Assembly: GCA_044868145.1 (NCBI GenBank) | Contig: JBIOWE010000013.1 | Span: 6,611-70,610, forward strand | From: Patescibacteria group bacterium | GTDB taxonomy: Bacteria > Patescibacteriota > Patescibacteriia > UBA10025 > JBIOWE01 | DNA length: 64,000 nt | Direction: 5' to 3' | Shown here: piece after piece, positions 57,067 through 64,000 of the stretch | Layout of the letters: every line of letters begins with the position of its first letter | Position numbering within the stretch: the stretch's first letter is position 1 | Notes under the pieces: generated by a model | Told to the model about the DNA's origin: nothing | Database searches by the model: none | What the model saw: the letters and a program-made list of their open reading frames with translations, nothing else | Translations under genes and position numbers: made by a program

Positions 57067-58176
57067 TTACGACGTCCGTTTGCGGTGGAGCGCGACCAAA
57101 CTCGTAAGCAACGCGACAGTAAAGAGGCCGAGCACGATAAGCCAAATCAGTTTAGCTTTCGTGTTGGAAAAAAGCGCGGCAACGCCAAAGAGCAGACTGG
57201 TCATCCAAAGGAAAAGAACCGCACCGCGATGCGAGAATCCAACGTCAAGCAGGCGAAAATGTAAGTGCCCGCGATCGGCGGCAAACGGCGAACGCCTGCC
57301 GAGCAAACGACGAATCACTACCCACAAGACATCGAGCAGCGGAATGCCAAGGATGAGCAGTGCGGTTGCGATTTTCGCGCCGGAAATAATCGCCAGCACA
57401 CCGAGCATAAAACCCGCCCACAGACTCCCGCCTTCGCCGAGGAACACGCGAGCGGGATGAATGTTAAACAGCAAGAAGCCCGCCATCGCGCCGGCGACGA
57501 GTATCGCGAGCAATGCCGTTTCCGGCTGCGCCACGTCTTTTGTTAAACTCAAAAAGAAAATAATGAACGAGCCAATGGCAGTAATACCCGAGACAAGGCC
57601 ATCAAGGCCGTCCAGGAATTTCGTGGTGAACATTGATCCGAGCAGCCAAACAAACGCGAAGATATCGGCAAACAGTACAATCTTATATGGTAAGCCGTGC
57701 GCCGAAAAAACCGTAAACGATATCTGGTCAAGCGCGATTGTTCCGCCCAGGGGATTCGTGATATAGCTCACGCCAATGCCCGAGGCAATGATAACCAGCG
57801 CGGCGGCAATCGGCCAAAGCAGTTGTTTATGCCATCGGAGCGTGAAGCGATCATCAAGGTAGCCGCCAATCATCAGCAAACCTCCGCCCAAGAGAATGCC
57901 GAATATATGTTTCGGCAAAAGATACCCGCCGAGTAAGCGTTCCGTAAAAAACGTGTAAAATAAAACAGCGATCGTAAAGCTTGCGTATACCGCGAGACCG
58001 CCAAGCAAGGGAACCGGGCCGGCTTGTATTTTACGATCCGGCGACATCTGTGGCTTATCAAGAATGCCTTTCGCCATCGCATAGCGGCGGACCAACGGGG
58101 TCAAAACCGCAGCAAGCCCAAAAGCCAAAAAAAATGGAATGACATATGCGACAGGACTTAAGACCTTGTTTATCAT
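57067..58176 (-). CDS. glycosyltransferase family 4 polyprenyl-phosphate sugar-1-phosphate transferase (MraY/WecA superfamily, WecA-like)
   Basis: 369 aa, ~10 TM, KFLDGLDGLVSG motif; lacks MraY TPTMGG. Confidence 0.6.
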   Translation of the reverse strand: MINKVLSPVAYVIPFFLAFGLAAVLTPLVRRYAMAKGILDKPQMSPDRKIQAGPVPLLGGLAVYASFTIAVLFYTFFTERLLGGYLLPKHIFGILLGGGLLMIGGYLDDRFTLRWHKQLLWPIAAALVIIASGIGVSYITNPLGGTIALDQISFTVFSAHGLPYKIVLFADIFAFVWLLGSMFTTKFLDGLDGLVSGITAIGSFIIFFLSLTKDVAQPETALLAILVAGAMAGFLLFNIHPARVFLGEGGSLWAGFMLGVLAIISGAKIATALLILGIPLLDVLWVVIRRLLGRRSPFAADRGHLHFRLLDVGFSHRGAVLFLWMTSLLFGVAALFSNTKAKLIWLIVLGLFTVALLTSLVALHRKRTS

Positions 58177-58586
58177 ATCGCTTTTGGGCGGGCGTCTAAA
58201 TAGCCCTGTAAAATGAGCCGAGCCGCTTCGCGGTCAACCACGTTTTTCGGTTGCTTACGTGCAAAAAGCGCTTTCTCGATCTCAGCTGAAGACAATCGCT
58301 CATCGTAAAATTCTACCGGGATCTTCAGCTGGTCCTCAAGCATGATCCCAAACCGTTCCGCTTCCACGGCTTGCTGACCCTTTTCACCCGCCATAGTAAT
58401 CGGCAGGCCAACCACGATTTTTTTCACTTTTTCGCGTTCGCAGAGCAATTTGAGAAAATGGAGCGTGTGGCTGGAATCAACATTTTCAACCACGTCAACG
58501 CCAACGGCCATGTGCTGGTCATCATCCGAGAGCGCCACGCCGATTCTGCGACCGCCGTAATCTAAGCCCATGAGACGTCCGGTCAT
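58173..58586 (-). CDS. ruvX: Holliday junction resolvase-like RuvX/YqgF
   Basis: 137 aa, GLDYGGRRIGVA. Confidence 0.85.
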   Translation of the reverse strand: MTGRLMGLDYGGRRIGVALSDDDQHMAVGVDVVENVDSSHTLHFLKLLCEREKVKKIVVGLPITMAGEKGQQAVEAERFGIMLEDQLKIPVEFYDERLSSAEIEKALFARKQPKNVVDREAARLILQGYLDARPKAI

Positions 58587-59332
58587 GAACGTTGCGTCAA
58601 AATTTCCGCGCCATGCTCCGTGACCACAATCGTATGTTCAACGTGGCTGGCTAAACTCTTATCCGCGGTGACGACTGTCCAGTGGTCTTTCTGCACACGC
58701 ACGTCAGGAGATCCCATTGTCACCATTGGTTCAATCGCGAGCACCAAGCCCGGTTCAAGGAGCGGGCCTGAACCCTTGGAACCGAAATTCGGTACTTTCG
58801 GTTCTTCGTGCACTGCCTTGCCGACGCCGTGCCCCGTGAGCGCGCGCACCACACCGAAGCCGTGGGGCTCAACGAACGCTTGGATTGCCGCGCCAATATC
58901 GCCCACATGACCGCCTGGGCGCACTGCCTGAATACCGATTGCCAAGCTGCGCTCGGTTACGCGGAGCAATGTTCCGATGTCGCGAGAAACCTTCCCAACC
59001 GCTATGGTCGTGGCAGTATCCGTGAACAGCCCTTTGTATTCTATGCCGACGTCAACGGATACAATATCGCCTTCCCGAACCACTTTTTTCTTGGTCGGAA
59101 TACCGTGCACCACTTCAGCGTTAATGGAAACGCATGTAGCAGCCGGGTACCCTTCGAATCCCTTGAATGATGGACGAGCGCCTGCAGCCGCGATGAGCTG
59201 TTCGGCTTTTTGATCAAGTTCGAACGCCGTTACGCCAGGTCGAACCTCGTGTACCACATCTCTGAGGATTTGGCCGAGCAATCGTCCGCCTGTTCGTAAT
59301 ATCTCCAACTCTTCTTGTTTGGTAACCCGCAT
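58583..59332 (-). CDS. map: type I methionine aminopeptidase
   Basis: 249 aa metal-ligand pattern. Confidence 0.9.
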   Translation of the reverse strand: MRVTKQEELEILRTGGRLLGQILRDVVHEVRPGVTAFELDQKAEQLIAAAGARPSFKGFEGYPAATCVSINAEVVHGIPTKKKVVREGDIVSVDVGIEYKGLFTDTATTIAVGKVSRDIGTLLRVTERSLAIGIQAVRPGGHVGDIGAAIQAFVEPHGFGVVRALTGHGVGKAVHEEPKVPNFGSKGSGPLLEPGLVLAIEPMVTMGSPDVRVQKDHWTVVTADKSLASHVEHTIVVTEHGAEILTQRS

Positions 59333-59334
59333 AT

Positions 59335-60558
59335 CTATTGTATGTGCTTGATTATGTTCTTGAACACAACGGGAATGGGTGGCTCAGCGTCAACAATCAT
59401 CACAATGCCGCGTTTTTGGTAATATTGCACGATTGGGTTCGTTCGCTTATGGTACAGTTTCAGTCGCTCGCGGATTGCGGCGGGATAGTCGTCAGCGCGG
59501 CGGAAGAGCGTGCCATGGCAAACAGGGCACTGTTTCGCGTTCTTTTTGATAGTAACGCCCTCAATAAAAATGCGCCCGCATCGTTCACACATCCGCCGTT
59601 TTGTAAGCCGTTTGAGGGTTGTTTGGTCTTTAATGGGCAAATAAACAACGTGCGTGATCGATCTGCCATATCGTTTGAGCAGACGATCAAGGAAACGCGC
59701 CTGACGAAGAGTGCGTGGATAGCCGTCGAACAGGATTCCCCGGCCTTTTGGCACGCGAGCCAGCTCTTTTTCGATTAAACGGTTCACCCACGCGTCCGGC
59801 ACAAGCGCGCCTTTTTTGTTGATAAGCGCGTCAATCTTGCGGCCGAGTCTTGGATCGGTCGCAACCATTGCGCGGAGCAAGCGCCCAGTTTCGATATAAT
59901 GCAACCGAAAACGCTTCGTGAGCAATCGCGCCTGCGTGCCTTTGCCTGAACCTTGGGGACCAAGCAACACAATATGCATCAGCTGCTTTTGCCTTTGTTG
60001 TATTAGCTCGTAAAGCGCGCGAAATTTTTTCAGAAATGCTTGCCGGGTGGAATTGTTCTCAATAGTAAAATCCGCGAGCGTTATAACGGCGTCAAGCTGT
60101 TGTTGATTGCGGCTTCCGCGCCGCTCGCGCATTTCCTGTCGCAAGAACTCACTAAAGCTGACCTTGTCATCGATTTTGCCACGCCGCACTGCGCGGCTGT
60201 ACCGAATATGTGCATGGCTGGCGATCACAATAAGAAAAAAACGAGCGTGATCTTTGAACGTTTCCACCTCGCCCACGTTGCGAATGCTCGATATCACGAC
60301 TTGCTTCGCCTTTGCCTTATCTATTTTCTTCGAAGCAAGCTCGGCCAAGAAGCCCCTGCCGTACTTTTTCCTCCATGCATTCGCAGCGCGTATGAGGTCG
60401 TCCCGACTGCGGTAGCGTATCCCGCGTTTGGACATTTCCTCACGTAAAATATCAGAAAGTGAATAATGCCGGAATCCCTGTTTGGCAAAAAAGGACGCGG
60501 CAGTATCCTTGCCTGAACAATACAAACCAACAAGGCCAACGACCAGTGGTTTTTGCAT
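59335..60558 (-). CDS. adk: adenylate kinase (C-terminal ~215 aa with zinc LID CERCG…CPVC) fused to an N-terminal extra P-loop NMP-kinase-like domain
   Basis: 407 aa; N-term GLYCSGKDT P-loop; second P-loop IVLLGPQGSGKGTQ; conserved adk-map order. Confidence 0.7.
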   Translation of the reverse strand: MQKPLVVGLVGLYCSGKDTAASFFAKQGFRHYSLSDILREEMSKRGIRYRSRDDLIRAANAWRKKYGRGFLAELASKKIDKAKAKQVVISSIRNVGEVETFKDHARFFLIVIASHAHIRYSRAVRRGKIDDKVSFSEFLRQEMRERRGSRNQQQLDAVITLADFTIENNSTRQAFLKKFRALYELIQQRQKQLMHIVLLGPQGSGKGTQARLLTKRFRLHYIETGRLLRAMVATDPRLGRKIDALINKKGALVPDAWVNRLIEKELARVPKGRGILFDGYPRTLRQARFLDRLLKRYGRSITHVVYLPIKDQTTLKRLTKRRMCERCGRIFIEGVTIKKNAKQCPVCHGTLFRRADDYPAAIRERLKLYHKRTNPIVQYYQKRGIVMIVDAEPPIPVVFKNIIKHIQ

Positions 60559-60564
60559 AACTGC

Positions 60565-60573
60565 ATTATATCA
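60565..60573 (-). promoter_or_regulatory. extended -10 element TGaTATAAT 6 nt upstream of adk ATG (leaderless-type)
   Basis: direct reading; weak -35. Confidence 0.45.
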
Positions 60574-60640
60574 AAAAACGACCAGCTGGCACACACTCTT
60601 GCTGCTCAATGCTCGACTAAGGGTTTATTGATTTGCTGGA

Positions 60641-60845
60641 TTAAAAAAGTGGCTTCAGTTTTACTAAAGCCACTTTGTGAGCTAAGTTACCCTTTTGGGT
60701 TAAACTGAAACCAAAACTTTAAGCTTCGCCGGACGAGTCCATATGACCCAACCGGAACCTTAAAGGAGTTTCAATGAACTTATTTACACCACCTCCCTTC
60801 CGGTTCTTTGCAAGAAGAGCTACTTTCTTTAAAAGAACCGCAATG
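60641..60845 (-). ncRNA. candidate ~200-nt noncoding RNA: promoter TTGACA (60876-60881) -18- TATACT (60852-60857), intrinsic terminator AAGTGGCT…AGCCACTT + T-run (60643-60675); no ORF >10 aa
   Basis: direct reading of minus strand. Confidence 0.4.
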
Positions 60846-60932
60846 TAAACAAGTATAAATGCTCTATTAATCGTTTGTCAACTGAAAAAGCGACGTGGAA
60901 AAAACGACCCTCGAGAACGGTGCGGGTTTGTT

Positions 60933-61436
60933 TCACCACTTGCAAGTCACGCTGAATGCTACCCCGGCCATAGTGAAGTTAAATTTCCCCTTCACAGGGC
61001 ACTGCCAATCTTTGTGATCCCCGGCTCGGACCGGAAAGCCATACGTACTGTTTGAATCCGGTCGGTCGTACACTACAGTTTCCTCCGATTCGCAATTATT
61101 CGTCAATCGGAGGATTTGTCCTTTGCCTAACGTGACGTTACCCGAATCGTCCAAACTACATCCGTTGTCTAGCACCCACTGCTTTTCTGCAGTCGGCTTT
61201 GTTGGGCCAGCCTTGAGTGGGCAATCGGTAGCGAGGGCGGAATGGGGCTGAACGAAGGTTTTTAAGGTGGCGAAAATCCCACGGTCCGCAACTGAACTTG
61301 CGCCCGCTCGAGCCACGGCACTATCGCAGAAGGCGTGCGCGTACCACGAGGGCAGGCCAACAAAGGTAACGACGAGAATGATTGCTGGGACGAGGATCCA
61401 AAGCGCTTTTCGCTGACGTTTTGAGATCATAAACAT
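60933..61436 (-). CDS. secreted Cys-containing protein, paralog 1 of a tandem pair
   Basis: 167 aa; N-terminal 27 aa and ~80 nt nearly identical to paralog 2. Confidence 0.5.
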   Translation of the reverse strand: MFMISKRQRKALWILVPAIILVVTFVGLPSWYAHAFCDSAVARAGASSVADRGIFATLKTFVQPHSALATDCPLKAGPTKPTAEKQWVLDNGCSLDDSGNVTLGKGQILRLTNNCESEETVVYDRPDSNSTYGFPVRAGDHKDWQCPVKGKFNFTMAGVAFSVTCKW

Positions 61437-61508
61437 TTATTAAATTAACGATGAAATAGTATTGCCTTAGGCTGGCCTAGAAAATCAGAATCACGTCTTG
61501 CCTCGTTC

Positions 61509-62012
61509 CTATCCCGAGCATTCCATCACAAAACTGCTGCCCGATAGAGGTCCAAGTAGGAAGGTTAGCGTCGTTTGATAAGAACACGAAATGTTTTTTT
61601 GTTTCCCTGCTTTCACGGTAAAATTCCAGTTTGCATGCTGGGTATCATAGACTTGAACAAATTGGTCAGTGTTGCATGTGTTTGTGATTTGAAGATACTG
61701 GTCCTTCGAGAGGGATACAGTATACTCGTCCTCCCAGACGCAATTAGGTACCATATCCTTTGTGGCGCTCGCTGGCTTTGTCGGGGCCCACGGCCAACAC
61801 CAGGCTTGAGCACTCAGGGGTTGAATGAAACTTTTCAAACTGCTTATGATTCGAGTGCCAACTCCCGAGGCGGAATCGAGTCGAACTACTGCGCTATCGA
61901 TGCCAGAACAATCTGCTTGAACATCCTGCGCCGGCAGGCCAACAAAGGTAACGACGAGAATGATTGCTGGGACGAGGATCCAAAGGGTTTTTCGCAGACG
62001 TTTTGAGATCAT
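61509..62012 (-). CDS. secreted Cys-containing protein, paralog 2
   Basis: 167 aa; shares signal anchor ISKRxRKxLWILVPAIILVVTFVGLP. Confidence 0.5.
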   Translation of the reverse strand: MISKRLRKTLWILVPAIILVVTFVGLPAQDVQADCSGIDSAVVRLDSASGVGTRIISSLKSFIQPLSAQAWCWPWAPTKPASATKDMVPNCVWEDEYTVSLSKDQYLQITNTCNTDQFVQVYDTQHANWNFTVKAGKQKNISCSYQTTLTFLLGPLSGSSFVMECSG

Positions 62013-62116
62013 AGTAATATGACAAAAATGAATGCATGAGACGCCTTCACCTTACTCCGCCATCAAAAAACCGTCAATAGTCATTTTTGCACAAACTGAC
62101 GGGGCAAGAATCATAA

Positions 62117-62153
62117 ATAAAAAAGGCTACCGGATGTTCCGTGTAGCCCTTTT
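62117..62153. terminator. bidirectional terminator GGCTAC…GTAGCC (paralogous hairpin also at 63950-63988)
   Basis: A-run/hairpin/T-run. Confidence 0.55.
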
Positions 62154-62178
62154 GAGGTTGAGTCTCTTTTTGGTTGGA

Positions 62179-62379
62179 CTACTTCCAGCTCATATTATTT
62201 AACATTATCCAATATAGATAACGGTAAAGCCACTGGCTCCACCAAGATGTTTGAGGGGTATCTTGCTGAATCGTACCTGCGCTGGTCGGATTTGCCTGCA
62301 CAACTTGGCCACTCAATGCAGCTGGTATACAGTAGAGGCTTAAAACCAATACAAGTAAAACAACAATGAACTTCTTCAT
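62179..62379 (-). CDS. small secreted protein
   Basis: 66 aa with signal peptide. Confidence 0.35.
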   Translation of the reverse strand: MKKFIVVLLVLVLSLYCIPAALSGQVVQANPTSAGTIQQDTPQTSWWSQWLYRYLYWIMLNNMSWK

Positions 62380-62548
62380 TTTTCCTCCTATCTTTTTTCA
62401 AAGAGGGTTAAAGTAATCTGCCCTTTGCAGCTCTTCTTCTGGTACCTCCACAACCTCCTTTCTTATTTTTTAGATTTTCAAAGGACTGTTAGCTCCTATC
62501 TTCGGTTTACACCCCCGTAGAACCGCTGTCAAGTCCACTTTATTCGAA

Positions 62549-62584
62549 ATAAAAAAGCCTCGACTTTCACATCGAGGCTTTTGG
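62549..62584. terminator. bidirectional terminator GCCTCGA…TCGAGGC
   Basis: direct reading. Confidence 0.55.
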
Positions 62585-62596
62585 AATAACAAGGAG

Positions 62597-63043
62597 CTAG
62601 TCGAGGAATATTATTGTCCTCGGTCCAGTGCTCTGCAAACCTACTTTTAGACAGTAATAGTAAATGCCGTTGGCCACAGTCGACCCATTGGAATCTACTC
62701 CGTCCCAAGCTACTTGCTTACTTCCCGCAGACTGCTTTTCATTGACCAATGTTTTAACTTTCTGTCCAATGGCATTGAAAACGTCTAACTCAACTGTAGC
62801 TTCCTCGGCGAGGGAATAGCACAGCTGCGTATTCTTGTTAACCAGCTGGAGAACCTGCTTGCTTGGAGCTGTCCCTTTGAATAAACCGGCATCAATATCT
62901 AGGGATTGCAGTGCCCGAGACTTCGACAGCTTTAATTCCCTAATGTAAGCGTCTACTTGACCAGTGATGGCCTGTGCCGACGGAACGAAGCTCAGTCCTA
63001 AAACAGTTACAACAAATGGAACAACAAAACCGGATTTCTTCAC
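62597..63043 (-). CDS. secreted protein with C-terminal FlgD-Ig-like / T9SS-tail-like beta-sandwich domain (GTG start, SD AAAGGAGGT)
   Basis: 148 aa, signal peptide; ELDVFNAIGQKVKTLVNEKQSAGSKQVAWDGVDSNGSTVANGIYYYCLKV. Confidence 0.5.
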   Translation of the reverse strand: MKKSGFVVPFVVTVLGLSFVPSAQAITGQVDAYIRELKLSKSRALQSLDIDAGLFKGTAPSKQVLQLVNKNTQLCYSLAEEATVELDVFNAIGQKVKTLVNEKQSAGSKQVAWDGVDSNGSTVANGIYYYCLKVGLQSTGPRTIIFLD

Positions 63044-63241
63044 CTTTACCTCCTTTTCTTTCGCCGTTTGGCGAGTTTTTACTTTTCAATGAGCTAATCT
63101 ATATTTTAGTACTCGAGTAAGTTAATCACGATATACTATTTTTGTCAAGTGCTGTATCAATTTCGCTCGGTTTACGTGATGTTTCTTCATTTTGACAAAA
63201 CTGGTACTTCAACAAAGATAAAGTGGTAGCGCGTCACACTA

Positions 63242-63276
63242 AATAAAAAACCACGACTGAAAGTCGTGGCTTTTTC
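63242..63276. terminator. bidirectional terminator CCACGAC…GTCGTGG
   Basis: direct reading. Confidence 0.55.
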
Positions 63277-63292
63277 ATAACAGAAGGAGCGA

Positions 63293-63700
63293 TTATCGAA
63301 GCACAATATCCTTCTCAAGAGTATCCTCTATCGGAGGGGTAACCGGAATGGTATCGTTTGAGGACGGCTTCAGGGCACTGAGTTGAATATGGAAAGGGTT
63401 GGCTATCCATAAAAACGCGCGGTACACACCCTCAGGCATTCGCTTGCCATTTTCATCCATGCCGTCCCAGGTCACCACATGCTTTCCTTTCGCCTGCCGT
63501 TCTTTGACCAGGGTTTTTATTTTCTGGCCGTCTTTGCTGCAGATGAATAATTCAACGTAAATGCTGTCAAGCGGAAATTGAGGTGGCACAGTATACTCAA
63601 TCTGGTCTGCATAAGTCATTTTGCCCGAGCGTGAGATAACTGCTATCAATATGGCGAAGCCAAGAACAATGCCCGCCTTGTGCGACGTCTTTAATTTCAT
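63293..63700 (-). CDS. secreted protein with FlgD-Ig-like/T9SS-tail-like domain, paralog of 62597..63043
   Basis: 135 aa; YVELFICSKDGQKIKTLVKERQAKGKHVVTWDGMDENGKRMPEGVYRAFLWI; duplicated promoter/leader. Confidence 0.5.
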   Translation of the reverse strand: MKLKTSHKAGIVLGFAILIAVISRSGKMTYADQIEYTVPPQFPLDSIYVELFICSKDGQKIKTLVKERQAKGKHVVTWDGMDENGKRMPEGVYRAFLWIANPFHIQLSALKPSSNDTIPVTPPIEDTLEKDIVLR

Positions 63701-63949
63701 ACTACCTCCTCTTCTCCTCGTTGTTCTTTAAACTAGCGATTTTTTAATTTTCAATGTACTAATCTACTTTTAGTGCTCGAGTAAGTTAATCACGAAACTA
63801 AACTTTTGTCAAGTACCCGATATGAAATAAAACTACCTTTAACTCTCTAGCCCCTCTTTAGTAGCTGCTTCATAATTAAAAGCCTGATCCCTATACTGTC
63901 GGTTTATCTGTGGGAGTGCGGTCTGTCAAGGGGATAAGCGGATAGTAAA

Positions 63950-63988
63950 GAAAAAGGCTACCGGTTGTTCCATGTAGCCTTTTCATTT
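63950..63988. terminator. bidirectional terminator GGCTAC…GTAGCC
   Basis: direct reading. Confidence 0.5.
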
Positions 63989-64000
63989 GGAAGTGCTATG

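Noticed and set aside
1-64000. CRISPR arrays, rRNA genes, transposases, integrases, restriction-modification or other named defence systems
   Set aside because: None found: there are no regularly spaced direct repeats with unique spacers, no rRNA-like sequence, and no DDE/tyrosine-recombinase ORFs in the window.

Overview
The window reads as a compact bacterial chromosome segment, about 50% GC and densely coded, with most genes on the minus strand. Canonical sigma70 promoters and an HrcA/CIRCE heat-shock operon are present. The many small membrane and secreted proteins, two 'four-helix-bundle' genes, T4SS-like pilin and coupling-ATPase genes, and reduced enzymes (AspRS without its GAD domain) resemble CPR/Patescibacteria genomes, but the taxon cannot be proven from the sequence. 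The housekeeping genes seen are:
- dnaX, dnaB and recR, with a ybaB-like gene next to recR;
- the heat-shock operon hrcA-grpE-(four-helix-bundle)-hsp20-(zinc ribbon)-dnaK, with a separate dnaJ;
- the glycolytic cluster gap-fba-tpiA;
- scpA/scpB, aspS, asnS, rplU, ruvX, map, adk and a P-type ATPase;
- three tRNAs (Gln-CTG, Glu-CTC, Lys-TTT).
The accessory content I can support is:
- a 1790-aa RHS/YD-repeat polymorphic toxin with a downstream small ORF, a candidate immunity gene;
- a VirD4/TraG-like coupling ATPase and a VirB2/TrbC-like pilin;
- an envelope cluster: sortase-like (Ser in the Cys position), PIG-L deacetylase, flippase-like membrane protein, two C39-like peptidases and a holin-like protein;
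- arrays of small secreted paralogs at the right end of the window, each with its own promoter and bidirectional terminator.
The structures that annotation does not explain, and which I rank highest for follow-up, are:
1. tandem heptad repeats (ATTACGA / CGTAAT, 3-5 copies) lying directly upstream of at least six start codons where a Shine-Dalgarno would normally sit;
2. three tandem, paralogous roughly 105-nt transcription units, each with a sigma70 promoter and an intrinsic terminator, in a 760-bp noncoding gap;
3. four co-oriented, all-intergenic perfect copies of TGTGGATAA, the reverse complement of the DnaA-box consensus, two of them just upstream of those tandem units.
Other short repeat families and leaderless-type promoters are recorded in the findings.
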